A stretch of DNA of 64,000 bases from Camelus ferus (lineage: Eukaryota): the NCBI RefSeq assembly GCF_009834535.1, contig NC_045696.1, forward strand, positions 121,460,001 through 121,524,000, given 5' to 3'. The translations under genes and the position numbers were made by a program. The notes under the pieces are model-generated. The model did no database searches. It saw nothing but the letters and a program-made list of their open reading frames with translations, and was not told the origin of the DNA. Positions 49,993-63,175 of this stretch are shown here, piece by piece. Numbering within the stretch: position 1 is the first letter of the stretch; the number at the start of each line of letters is the position of its first letter.

Positions 49993-50187
49993 AAAAGAAA
50001 TGAAGGAATGAGCACATACTATATAAATTTATAATTAGCAAGGTAATATTAGAATGAACTACAGATCTTACTAAATATTGAACTATAAGAAAAAAAGGAG
50101 CAGGTCACATTGTTAAAAATGTTAAAAACTAGATAAAGCATCATATATTAGGAGTATATGGATACTTAACATTAAAAAAAAATTTAA

Positions 50188-50278
50188 AGGGTATAGCTCA
50201 GTGGTAGAGTGTGTGCTTAGCATGCACAAGGTCCCCAGTACCTCCATAAAAAATAAATAATAAACAAAATTAAAAATA
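50188..50278 (+). mobile_element. vic-1-type SINE lacking its B box
   Basis: gggtatagctcagtggtagagtgtgtgcttagcatgcacaaggtccccagtacctcc followed by an A-rich tail. Flanks aaaaatttaaa / aaagatttaaa. Confidence 0.9.
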
Positions 50279-51496
50279 AAAGATTTAAAAGAAAGAAATA
50301 AAACTTTATTTTAAAAAAATTCAACTCAAAATAAAGCATTAAGTTTAATGGGAAAACTCAAAGGGCATCTCACTAAAGTCAGGAATAAGACAAGGACATT
50401 CACCATCATGACTACTGCTCAGCATATTATTAAATCCAAACTACATTAAAATACTTGTCAAAACGCCAAAAACAAAACAAAGGTTGCAAATACACTCTGC
50501 CATCAAGGTCCTGGGGAAATGATGCTTTCATACACCACCCATTCACATTTGTTTTTGGCTTAATTGGAGAGTCAGATACATTCAGTGCATTATTCCTTTG
50601 CCATAGTTTCCTCAGTCATCAGTAATTGGTTTAAGTTTGGCCTGTAGTATTCTCTCAACAGAAGTCTCATAAGTACAACATACCCTTAAAATCTGTAAGT
50701 TCAAAATGCTAGTCATTTGGCCTTTATACCTGAAGTACAGTTTCACTGTATTTACAATCTTTGGCTCACAATTCCATTCTTTGAAAACCTCGTAAGTGTT
50801 GCTTCATTGTGTTCTGGTGTAGAATTTCTCTGCAGAGAAATCTTATTCCAGTCTTATTTTTCCTCCAAGGTTTTGTATAGTTGCCCAAATAATTATTTAA
50901 AATGTGAAAATTTTACTATGATGTGTCTTAGCATTATCTATTTTTGTATAAATTCTCTGGTGCACGTAGTACTCTTTTGATAAATATATTCAGTTCTTTT
51001 ATTTCAGTTAAATTTTCCTGACCACACTGTAGTCCTTCTGTTTTGTTGTTTTGTTTATTTTTTATTTTTATAAATTGGGAACTCTGATTATTCACAAGTT
51101 GGATTTTCTTTCATTTTCTCATAATTTCCATTGTCTATCTAATTCCTAATTCACTTTTGTGCCTTTTCTATTTTTTTATTTTTCAGATTTATTAGGTAAA
51201 ATTGTTATAATTTGACTGCACAGATACAATATATTACATATAATACATATACACAATATACTGCACATTTTTAATTTACATATATGTACTGTTCATTGTT
51301 TCTAAGAGCGTTTAGAGCTTTAGCTCTTAATCTTACATAGTTATCAAAGGAATAAAGCCAATGACAAAATAAGGATTAATTTTAAAAGATACATACACCT
51401 TGCTATTAACAGCAACATTATAACTGCCAACATACGGAAGCATCCCGTACGGAGGTAAAGGAATACAACTCACCCGTAAGAAAGAAGGATATTTTG

Positions 51497-54474
51497 TATA
51501 ACCAATCACATAGAAATACAGAATATCATATGAAAATATTATGTACAACTATATGGAAACAAACTGGATAACCTAGAGGAGATGGAAAAGTTTCTGGAAA
51601 CATACAGTCCGCCAAGACTGAATCAAGAAGAAACTGACCACTTGAACAAACCGGTCACTAGAAATGAAATCAAATTAGCAATTAAAAAAACCTCCCTACA
51701 AATAAAAGTCCAGGACCAGACGGCTTCACCAGGAAATTCTACCAAACATATAAAAAAGAACTCATACCAGTCCTTCTCAAACTCCTCCAGAAGATTGAAA
51801 AGGAGGGAATACTCCCAAACTCATTCTATGAAGCCACCATTACCCTGATACCAAAACCAAGCAAAGACACTACCAAAAAAGAGAATTACAGACCAATATC
51901 ACTAATGAACATAAATGCAAAAATCCTTACCAAAATATTAGCAAACAGAATCCAACAGCACATAAAAAAGATTATACACCACGATCAAGTGGGGTTCATC
52001 CCAGGGACACAAGGATGGTTCAACATATGCAAATCAATCAATGTAATACATCGCATCAACAAGAGAAAGGACAAAAACCACATGATCATCTCAATAGATG
52101 CAGAAAAAGCATTTGATAAAATTCAACACCCATTTATGATAAAAACTCTCACCAAAGTGGGTATAGAGGAAACATAACTCAACATAATAATAGCTATGTA
52201 TGACAAACCTACAGCCAGCATAGTACTCAACGGTGAAAAACTCAAAACCTTCCCACTAAAATCTGAGACAAGACAAGGCTGTCCACTATCACTACTCCTA
52301 TTCAACCTAGTCTTGGAAGTCCTAGCCACAGCAATCAGGTAACAGAGAGAAATAAAGGAGATCCAAATTAGAAAACAAGAGGTAAAAGTGTCACTATATG
52401 CAGATGACACGATACTATACATAGAAAACCCTAAAAGGTCCACACAAAAACTACTAGAACTAATCGAAGAATTCAGCAAGGTAGCAGATTACAAGATTAA
52501 CATACAAAAATAAGTTGTATTTCTTTACACTAACAATGAATCAACAGAAAAAGAAAGTAAAGAATCAATCCCCTTTAAAATAGCACCCGAAGTAATAAAA
52601 TACCTAGGAATAAATCTAACCAAGGAGGTGAAAGACTTATACATGGAGAACTATAAAACACTGATGAAGGAAATTAAAGACAACTTTTAAAAAATGTAAA
52701 GACATCCCATGCTCCTGAATTGGAAGAATCAATATTGTTAAAATGGTCATACTGCCTAAGACAATCTACAGATTTAATGCAATCCCTATCAAATTACCCA
52801 AGACATATTTCACAGAACTAGAACAAATCATAATAAAATTTATATGGAACCACAAAAGACCTAGAATTGACAAAGCATTACTGAAGAAAAAGAAAGAGGC
52901 TGGAGGAATAACCCTCTCAGACTTTAGACAATACTACAGAGCTACAGTAATCAAAACAGCATGGTACTGGTACAAAAACAGACATATGGACCAATGGAAC
53001 AGAATAGAGAGTCCAGAAATGAACCCAAATGACAAACTTTTGATCAACTAATCTTCAGCAAAGGAGGCAAGAATATACAATGGAATAAAGACGGTCTCTT
53101 CAGCAAACTGGTGTTGGGAAAACTGGATAGCAGCATGTAAGTCAATGAAGCTAGAACACTCCCTCACACCATACACAAAAATAATCTCAAAATGGATGAA
53201 AGACTTCAACATAAGATACAATAAACTGCCTAAAAGAAAACATAGGCAAACATTATCTCATATACATCTCAACAATGTTCTCCTAGGGCAGTTTATGCAA
53301 GCAATAGAAATAAAAGCAAGAATAAACAAATGGGACCTAATTAAGCTTACAAGCTTTTGCACAACAAAGGAAACTATAAGCAAAACAAAACAACAACCTA
53401 TGGAATGGGAGAAAATTTTTGCAAAAGATGAAACTGACAAAGGCTTGATCTCTAGAATACATAAGCAGCTCACACGACTTAATAAGGAAAACACAAACAA
53501 CCCAATCCAAAAATGATCAGAAGGCCTAAACAAGCAATTCTCCAGTGATGAAATACAAATGATCAATAGGCACGTGAAAAAAATGCTCAATATCGCTAAT
53601 TATCAGAGAAATGCAAATCAAAACTGCAGTGAGGTATCACCTCACACCACTCAGAATGGCCATCATTCAAGAGCCTACAAATGACAAATGCTGGAGAGGC
53701 TGTGGAGAAAAGGGAACACTCCTACACTACTGGTGGGAATGCAGTTTGGTGCAGCCACTGTGGAAAACAGTATGGAGATTCCTCAAAAGACTAGGAATAG
53801 ACTTACCATATGACCAAGTAACCCCTCTACTGGGCACATATCCAGAAGGAACCCTAATTCAAAAAGACACCTGCACCCCAATGTTCATAGCAGCACTATT
53901 TACAATAGCCAAGACATGGAAACAACCTAAATGTCCATCAACAGATGACTGGATAAAGAAGATGTGGTATATTTACTACAATGGAATACTATTCAGCCAT
54001 TAAAATGACAAAATAATGCCATTTGCAGCAACATGGATGTCCTTGGAGAATGTCACTCTAATTGAAGGTAAGCCAGAAAGAGAGAGAAAAATACCATATG
54101 AGATCACTCATATGTGGAATCTTAAAAAAAGAAAAGAAAAGAAAAAGACAAGTGAACATAAATACAAAACAGAAACAGACTCACAGCCATAGAATACAAA
54201 CTTGTGGTTGCCAGTGGGTGAGGGGAAGGGGAAAGGACAGGCTGGGAGTTCGAAATTTGTAGATACTGACAGGTATACATAAAATAGATAAATAAGATTA
54301 TACTGTATATCACAGGAAAATGTATACAAGATCTTGTGGTAGCTCACAGTGAAAAAAGTATGTGAAAATGAATATATGTATGTTCATGTATAACTGAAAA
54401 ATTGTGTTCTACACTGGAAATTGACACAACATTATAAACTGACTATAACTCAATAAAATAATTTTTTTTAAAAA
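51497..54474 (+). mobile_element. Relatively young 5'-truncated L1 (about 3 kb; ORF2 RT and C-terminal domains with stops/frameshifts, 3'UTR, tail)
   Basis: [25 protein letters not shown]...[17 protein letters not shown] codons at 52397-52408, and [21 protein letters not shown] aagaaagaaggatattttg (51478-51496) / aagaaagaagtatattttg (54475-54493). Confidence 0.97.
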
Positions 54475-54567
54475 AAGAAAGAAGTATATTTTGCCATTTG
54501 CATCCCTTCATTCACTTTTATTTTTTCACTTCAAAAACCAGAATTTTATAACTGGTATAAACATTTC

Positions 54568-54862
54568 CATTGCATCAAAAACAACAAAATATCTAGAAAT
54601 AAACTTAACCAAAGGGATTACCTATATTCTGAAAACTGTAAAACACTGATGAAGGAAATTGAAGATGATACAAAGAAATAGAAAGATATCTTGTGCTCTT
54701 GGATTGGAAGAATCAACATTATCAAAATGGCAGTACTCCCCAAAGTGATGTACAGATCCAATGCAACCTCAGTCAAAATACAACATTCTTTACAGAACTA
54801 GAACAAACAATTCCAAAATTTATATGGAACCACAAAAGACCCCAAACTGCCAAAGCAATCTT
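54568..54862 (+). mobile_element. Internal L1 ORF2 fragment
   Basis: ...gctcttggattggaagaatcaac... and [25 protein letters not shown]. Confidence 0.9.
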
Positions 54863-55980
54863 CTGTAGGTCTTCTTTTTTTTTTTTTTCTCCTCTCTTTC
54901 TTATTTTTGTTCTCTTTTCTTATGTTATGATGATTAGAGAAGTTCCTTTAACATTTGTTGTAAAGCTGGTTTAGTGGTGCTGAATTCTTTTAGCTTTTGT
55001 TTATCTGTGAAGCGTTTGATTTCTCCATCAAGTCTGAATGAGAGCCTTGCTGAATGGAGTATTCTTGGTTGTAGGTTTCTCCCTTTCATCACTTTAAATA
55101 TATCTTGCCGCTCCCTTCTGGCCTGTGGAGTTTCTGCTGAAAAATCACTGATAACCTTATGGGAGTTCCCTTGTATATTATTTGTTGCTTTTCTCTTGCT
55201 GATTTTAATATTTTCTCCTTATCCTTATTTTTTGTCAATTTGAAGACTACATGCCTTGGTGTGTTTCTCTTTGGGTTGATCCTCTGTGAAACTCTCTATA
55301 CTTCCTGGACTTGGGCGACTGTTTCCTTTCCCAAGTTGGGGAAGTTTTCAGCAATTATCTCTCCAAAAATTTTCTCAGGTTCTTTCTCTCTCTCCTCTCT
55401 TTCTGGGACCTCTATAATGCGAATATTAGTGTGCTTCATGTTGTCCCAGAGTTCTCTTAAACTATCCTCACTTCTTTTCATTCTTTTTTCTTTTATCTGT
55501 TCTGCAATACTGATTTCCACTAATCTGTCTTCTAGCTCACTGGTCTGTTCTTCTACCTCATTTAGTCCATTCTTGATTCCTTCTAGTGTATTATTCATTT
55601 CAGTGATTTTATTCTTCAACTCTATTAGAGTATTCTTTATACTTTCCAACTCTGCTAAAAAACTTCGCTCTGTTCATCTATACTCCTCTTGAGTTCTCTG
55701 AACAGTCTTGGCCATCATTACTTTAAACTCTTTCTCAGATAAATTGCCTACCTCCTCATCACTTATTTCTTCTTCTGGGATTTTATCTTGTGCCTTGGCC
55801 TGGGATATATTCCTCTGCCGCCTCATATTGTCTATCTTTCTATTCATATTTTTAAGTAGGTGAGCTATGTGTCTCGACCTTGGAGAGGTGGCCCTCTGTG
55901 GGAGACATCCTATGTGTCCCAGCAGTACACTCCTCTCTTGTCACCCAAGGGCCAGGGTCCAGTCGGTGCCAGTGTAGGGT
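54863..55980 (-). mobile_element. L1 ORF1 region plus part of the 5'UTR (decayed)
   Basis: Coiled coil followed by LRELWDNMKHTNIRIIEVPE...IFGEIIAENFPNL (55296-55649) is L1 ORF1p. Confidence 0.92.
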
Positions 55981-56329
55981 CGGTTGTGCCTTTCTTGATT
56001 CTTATTTTCTCATTTTTAGTTTCTATGTCCCTTTCTTCTTTATGCCTGTGATATTTTTCCCTTGTGCTTATTTCCTAGGTTCTGCCAACTTCTTTCTTCT
56101 TCTTCTTGGTATTTTTTCCATCTCTCTTCTGAGTTCTTATATTTCTATTCTGTGGTATTCTGTCATAGAGGGGATTGTTTAATTAAATTAGTACAATTTG
56201 TTGTAAAATATTTTTACCATAATTTTCACATGCCCATGACATTTTCTAATGTCTGTTCTTTTTCTGAGTAAGTTTTTTCTCCTCTCTTCCACATTTTCTA
56301 TTTTCTTTGTATCATGTCTGTCCAATTTA

Positions 56330-57615
56330 CTTTTTAAAAGTTGAAGTATAGTTGATTTTATAATATTATATTAGTTTCAGATGTATAACATAGTGATTCA
56401 ATATTTTTATAGATTATATACTCCACTTAAAGTTATTGCAAAATAATGGCTTTATTTCCCTGTGCTGTATAGTATATCCTTGTTGCTTTTTTGTTTCTAC
56501 ATAGTAGTTTGTACCTCTTAATCCCTTACTACTATCTCACCCCTCTCCACTTCCCTCTCCCCACTGGTAACCACTAATTTATTCTCTATATCTATGTCTG
56601 TTTCTGTTTGCTATATACACTAGCATTTGAGTTAATTTTTGTATAGGGTGTAGGTAGGGAAGGGTTGCAACTCCATTCTTTTGTACATAGACATCCAGTT
56701 GTCCCAAACCATTTGTTGAAAAGACTATCCCTTCCCCTGTTAAAGGGTCTTGGCATCCTTGCCAAAAATCTATTGGCATAAATGTATGGATTTATACCTA
56801 AACTCTCAATTCTATTCCACTGGTCTATATGTTTATCTTTGTGCCAGTACCACACTGTTTTAATTACTGCAGCTTTGTAATACATTTTATAATCAAGAAG
56901 TTGTTCATCTTTTCAAGTTTTTTTGGCTATTCGAGGGACACTGTAATTTCATATGAATTTGAAGATCAGCTTTTCCATTGCTGCAAAAACTGATCCTTGG
57001 AATTTTGATAGTGATTGCACTGAATCTGCAGATTACTGTGAATATTACTGACATCTTAATAACATTGTCTTCCAATCCATAAACACAGAATGTCTTTCCA
57101 TTTATTTAGGTCTTCATTAATTTCTTTCAGCAATATTTTGTAGTGCACAAGTCTTTAATATCTTTGGCTAAATTTATTCCTTGGTGTTTTACTCTTTGGG
57201 GGTGATATTGTAAATGAAATTGTTTTCTTGATTTCAGATTGTTCATTGTTAGAGTATAAAAACACATCTGATTTGTGTACATTGATTTTGTATACTGCAA
57301 CTTTGCTGAATTTGTTTAGCTCTAATAGCTTTTTTTGATGGATTCCTTGAGATTTTCTATATATACGATCATGTCATTTGTGAATAAAGATAATTTTACT
57401 TCTTCCTTTCCAATTTCAATGCCTTTTATTTTCCTTTTTGTTGTCTAATTTCTCTGGCTAGAACTTCCAGTGCAAAGTTGAATATCAGTGTTAAAAGTGG
57501 GCATCCTCGTCTGTTCCTGACCTTAATGGGAAATTTTTCAATCTTTCACCAATAAGTATATTATTAGCTGTGGGGTTTTTAAAAAAATAAATGCCTTTCA
57601 TCATGTTGAGGAGGT
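56330..57615 (-). mobile_element. L1 3'-terminal 0.3 kb joined directly to an ORF2 segment (56626-57615)
   Basis: The terminus ttgaagtatagttgatt...actggtaaccacta is followed by [27 protein letters not shown]. The intervening ORF2 end is absent. Confidence 0.88.
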
Positions 57616-58848
57616 CACATTTTTTGGTAAAGCACTGCAAACAACTGATGTAGGAGCTCTATAAGTGTGTATGAAATTGAAAACAAGAAGAGGTTTTTCC
57701 TATCTGCTGATATGCTTTGTCATGGAGATGCTGAGTAGAGAATGCAACGTAGGAGAAAGCTAGCAAAAATAAACAGGCAGCTTTGAACACACTGATTATA
57801 ATTCTGGGAACCAGCACCCTTATGTGAAGAAAAGTGCACAGGTTTTAGTGTCAGACCAACTAGGGTAGGAGTCCCAGCTCTCTTTGAAACCATTTCTTTT
57901 CTGTAAAGTAGAGATAATCACCTTGTGGTGCTTTGTTATAATTACACATAAAGGACTGCACTCTGCACTCTGTACCTAGAACATAATAGCTGTTGAGCAA
58001 ACACTAAGCCAAAAGCCCACCCCTACGATTTGCAGGGCCCATGGCAAGAGACAAAAAAGAGACCTATATACCAAAAATCTGATTATTTGAAAATTACAAA
58101 CCAAGGTAAAGATAGTATTTTCTCTACCCTCTCAGTTTCTTCATTAATTCAATTAAAAATTTATTGAACATTAATTAATACCAGGCTGTATGCTTCAGTT
58201 AGATTAAAATGTCAATCATGGAACTCCAGATCAGGATGGAAGAAAGCCAGGAATATCTAAAACACTTTCTACAATCTTCCAATTGAAATATTCAATAGAA
58301 CACATGAAAAAATACACAAAGTTCGTAACGGACCAAAAGGTGGAAATATTGGACGTTAGCCAAAATCATATTTAAAGGTGAAACATCAGAGGTATTCATT
58401 ATGTAAGCATTTATTCATCACCTACTATTTGCTAGACTCTGCATCAGGAATAAAATAAGGACATCTGCTATTACAATCACTATTCGCTAAATGGTGTAAG
58501 TTCTACCTTATGAAATAAGAAGAGAATATCAAATTGTAATTATTTACACTTTTGCAGGGAGGCATTCCTCAGCTACGTTATTTAAAAACTTCAAAGCACT
58601 TAACACCCCAGGACTTACTTGCTCTTTCCCTTCTCTGTTTAACTCTCCTTCATAGCACACACTACCTTTTAACTCTTCATATACTTTACGTAGCAATTTT
58701 GTTTACTCCATGTCTCTCCACCAAGATGCTAGCACCATGATAGTGTTCCATTGTGTGGATATAACCCAATGCACTCATCCATTCCCCATATTAGGGTTAT
58801 ATTTACATTCTCACCATTGTGTACATGTGAGAGTCTCTCTCTGGTTTA

Positions 58849-59665
58849 CAGTCCATTCTTGTTACCTGCAGTAACTGTATTCTATAAAGTCACTGAGTAT
58901 ATATAAAATAGATAGACAACAAGTTTACAGTGTATAGCACAGGAAACTATATTCTATATCTTATAGTAACTTACGGTGAAAAAATATGAAAATGAATATA
59001 TGTATGTTCATGTAGGACTAAAGCATTGTGCTATACATCAGAAATTGACACACTGTAAACTGACGATACTTCAATAAAAATATATTTTAAAAATATATAA
59101 ATTAAATTAAAAAGTCACTAAGAACACTGAGTTACCAGATACTACACCATTGCTCCTAGAGGAAACACAGAATTAGGACCCTCCACACTTCTGGTCACAA
59201 TATTTATGTCAACTAATCAATAAATAACTGTGTTTTATGTGTGTGCCTGTTTAAAAACACATTTAATATCTATTGTTCATTCATTAACACTGAACTCACA
59301 GTAAACAGCACTCTAACTCATGCCTGATTAACACATGCTTTTCTCTGTAAGGCACTATATACTTGGGGGTCATTTTAAACAGTGAAATCACCAAAAAAAA
59401 AAAAAAAACCCCACAAAAATGAAAAAAAAAAAAAAACAGGGCACTAAATTGATGATGAAAAGGACGCTTATTTGCAAACAAAACAAGAAGGCAGTGCATC
59501 ATCACCTTGTTCAATCTCAACCGGGACTGTGTACATCAAGTGACTCAACTTTTTAGCACCATGCACATGTCCACAAGTGAGCGTGAAAGTAGCATGGATA
59601 CTGATCTGAAGGTTACAAACACATTTTAGCAAGTAGGCAAATCTGTGAGTAATGAGGACTGACTA
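58849..59665 (+). mobile_element. MER82 (TcMar-Tigger) split by a short L1
   Basis: TA|cagtccattcttgtta...ttctataaagtc, ccattgctcctagaggaaa, ttgggggtcattttaaacagtgaaatcacc, ending taatgaggactgact. Confidence 0.85.
58898..59110 (+). mobile_element. Short L1 3'-end insertion
   Basis: L1 terminus with an AT-rich tail. TSD aaagtcactgag (58886-58897) / aaagtcactaag (59111-59122). Confidence 0.92.
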
Positions 59666-60311
59666 CACTTAGAAATAGTATTCCTAGATATTAACATAGA
59701 GCCATATTCAAATTTATTAGGTGTTGACATGTTGCTCAAATTGGTTGATACCATCTCACTTCCATCCTAATTTTCACTCCATCCAAGTGTCTCCACGTCC
59801 TTTCTGACCCTTGGTATTGTTACTATTTTTAACTTCCATCATCCATGGCGCATAAAACAGCAACTTGTGGTTCATTGCTTAAATTTGGATTTATCAGATT
59901 ACTAGTGAGATCGAGAGCCCCTTTATATGTTTTGTCCTTTATGAATTGCTTGTTGATGCTCTTTCCCATTTTCCTACTGTTTGCTGATTGGTCTGTTTTG
60001 ATTGTCCTTGGACATCTACCTCAATATATAAATTTTAGAGTAAGTTCCCCCAGTTTTATGAAAAATTTATTAGAATTGCATTGATTTTATAGGTCAACTT
60101 GAGAAGAATTAACATTATTAAAAGACCTACTGTTATCTTCTTATATGTGTCTCAGAGACATTTTGTGATTTCCTCTGTAAGAATACTGTACATTTGGGGA
60201 TTAAGTTCCAGTCACTGTATAGTTTTTGTGTTGTTATAATTATATATTTATCCATAACATTTTCAAATTGATTACTGTTGCTGTAGGGCTCATGACTGAA
60301 TTTTTCCCCTG

Positions 60312-61045
60312 GTTTTATTGAGATATAATTGGCATAAGCATTGTATTAGTTTAAGATGTACAACATAATGATTTGTTATGTGCCTTTATTGCCAAACGAT
60401 CACCACAGTAAGTTAGCATCTACCACCACACAGAATTTTTTGTCTCATGATGAGAACTTTTAAGATCTACTCTATTAGTGATTTTCAAATATATCATACA
60501 GTATTGTTAACTATAGTCACTATGCTGTACATGTCATCCCCAGAATTTATTTATCTAATAACTGGAAGTCTGTACCTTTTGACCACCTTCACTGATTCTC
60601 CCACCTCCATCTCTGGCAATCACCCATCTGTTCTGTTTCTAGTTCTTTTTTTTTTTTTTAAGATTCCACATATAAGTGAGATTAGACAGTATCTGCCGTT
60701 TTCTGTTCACCTGGCATAATGCCATCAAGGTCCGCCCACATTATCACACATGGCAGGATTTCCTTCTTTTTATGGCTGAATAATGGTCATCTATATGTGT
60801 TTGTCACATTTTCTTTATCTGTTCTGCTGATGGACACAAGACCATGGTGGTTTCCATGTTTTGGCTATTGTATGCAATGCTGCAATGAACATGGGGGTGC
60901 AGATAAGTCTTGAAGATAGTGATTCTGTTTCCTTTGGATGTATACCCAGAAGTGGGATTGCTGGATCATATGGTGGCTTTAACTTCAATTTATTGAGGAA
61001 CCTCCATACTATTTTCCACAATGCTATACCAATTTACATTCCCAT
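60312..61045 (-). mobile_element. L1MA9-like 3' fragment
   Basis: tgatgagaacttttaagatctactct 3'UTR motif; [15 protein letters not shown]...CTPMFIAAL (60815-61021). Confidence 0.88.
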
Positions 61046-61589
61046 ACTACTTAAGGTTTTATGTTAATGTTCTACCTGGAAACACTGAGCTCTCACTATT
61101 TTTTGATTACTGCCTATAGATGGTTTCTCCCCATACAGATGTAGCAGAAATTACTAATTATAATCCCAGCATCTACTTGCCCTATTTTCATTTTGGTAAA
61201 AGGCCCTCTCCCAATACACACACCAGCTTTAGCTGAGTGCATGGCCACCAGCTAGAAATTGCATGCTTTTGTCTCACTTATAAGCAATGTGACTACGTTA
61301 TGGGGTTTTTACTTTTGGTTTTGGTTTTTTGAGTGATAAGGCTAGAACCTCTAGTACAAGGTAGAAGAGTAGCAGCAAAAGTGGGCATCCTTGTCTTGTA
61401 CCTGATTTAATGGGACTATCTCTACATTTTTAAAATATGAAATTTACCAGAGCTTTTGGATAGATGTATCGATCATGTTATGTAATTTCTTTTTTTCGTT
61501 GGTTGAGAGATTTTCTTTTTTTTTTTTTTTTTTAATTTTTTATCATCAGTGTCACGTCACAATGTTTTTCCTGGATTGCATGTAAGTTT

Positions 61590-62086
61590 TGTGTGTACCT
61601 CCTGTTTCCCCCAACTGCCTTCCTTCCTCCTGGTTCGTACTACAACCAGCTGAATCCCCCCACCTCTGCTTTTGGACTTGGATGGAATGCCACACAACAG
61701 GGCTTAGCATCTGGCTTTTTTAGTACTCACCACCTTGTCAGATGCATAAAAGTATTAGGTCTCTGTGGGATAAACCTTGACCAATGGGAAACAAAAGTCA
61801 AGAGGGAACCAGGTAGATAAATTCCCCTCTTCTAAGCTGCCCCTCTGTGAACTGCTCCACTGTGAACCTTCCTCCTGCAAACCTTTCGTGTAAATTCCTG
61901 AGAGCTAAGGGAATGTCTTTGCAACACATTTGGAAGTTGTGGCCAATACAGCATCACAACTGCTTCACAGCCTTCCTTGCCTGACACCAACTATGTTCCT
62001 CACTCTCCCTGTTAAGACTTGCCCCTCTCAGTGTCAACACTGTCATCTGTGTCCCAGGCTCTGTTTTCCAGCAGATCCAGCCTACA
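61590..62086 (+). mobile_element. ERVL LTR16-like remnant
   Basis: gtgggataaaccttgaccaatggga...agataaattcccct...caggctctgttttc. Confidence 0.55.
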
Positions 62087-63067
62087 GTGCTCAGGCTAAA
62101 ACCTATCACATCTATTGAGACCATGAAAACATTTTTCTCTTTTAATTTCTTTCAGATATTAGTATGGTGATATATACTGGTACATAGACTGATACAGATC
62201 CATCCTTCACCCTCAGCAATAAATTCTTCTTGGCCATGATGTACTTCTAACATAATGGACTTCATGTGCTAGCATTTTATTTAGGAATTACTCAATTATG
62301 ATCCTAACTGAGATTAGTCTATAATAGCCTTTTCTTTAACTGTCAGTATCTGGTTTTAGTATCAAGGGAATAAGAGCTAAAAAAAAAAAAACTATAGATT
62401 TTCTTTTATTTTTCTCTGAAATATGCATAAGGTAGAGATTACCAGTTCACTGAAGTTTAATAAAACTTATGCTCAAAGTTTATTGGCCTGACGTACCTCT
62501 TGTACTTGAGAGATGCAGACTTGGTGGAGGCACATTTTAAACTACCAAGTCCATTTCTTTCATGGATATTGGCTCACTTCAGTTTTCTATGTCATTTTCA
62601 GTCAACAATTAATCTTGAGCGTTAAAATGTTTGCAAAAAAAATGTAGTCTGAAATTTATGGGACAGCAAAACAGACTCATGCCCTATGATCCAGTAAAAT
62701 TTCCCTTTAATGTAGTTTTTTAATGTACTGAAATTATCGTAAATGTATACAAAATTTATTCATAGGAATGGAAGTTCAATACAATATTTACTATAATACC
62801 AATAATTTTGAAAACAATATAAATATCAAAAAATAAACTGAGGTTGTTTTAACCCACCCAACTGAACACCATATAGCCAATGAAAATTATATTCCTGAAG
62901 AATACTTAGAGATCATAAGAAAATACTTCAGGTTGGCTGGTGAGAAAAAGCTATATATTCTATAGTTTAATTCTGTTTGCAAGTGGGAAGAGAGGGAGGC
63001 AAAAGGAGGGAGAGAGAGGAAGAGAGAAAGATAAAGAAAAGATTAGTAGTATGTATCTCAAAGTATT

Positions 63068-63175
63068 GTGGGATTTTTGTCTGTTTGTTTTTTGTTAGTA
63101 GAGGCACTGGGGATTGAACCCAAGACCTCATGTATGCTAGGCATGCGCTCTACCACTATGTTATACTCCACCGCA
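63068..63175 (-). mobile_element. vic-1-type SINE
   Basis: The plus strand reads gaggcactggggattgaacccaagacctcatgtatgctaggcatgcgctctaccact, the reverse of the tRNA-Ala head, preceded by a T-rich tail. Confidence 0.9.

Noticed and set aside
51497..54474. Active L1 or functional reverse transcriptase
   Set aside because: It lacks the 5'UTR, ORF1 and EN, and ORF2 is broken into several frames by stops and frameshifts.
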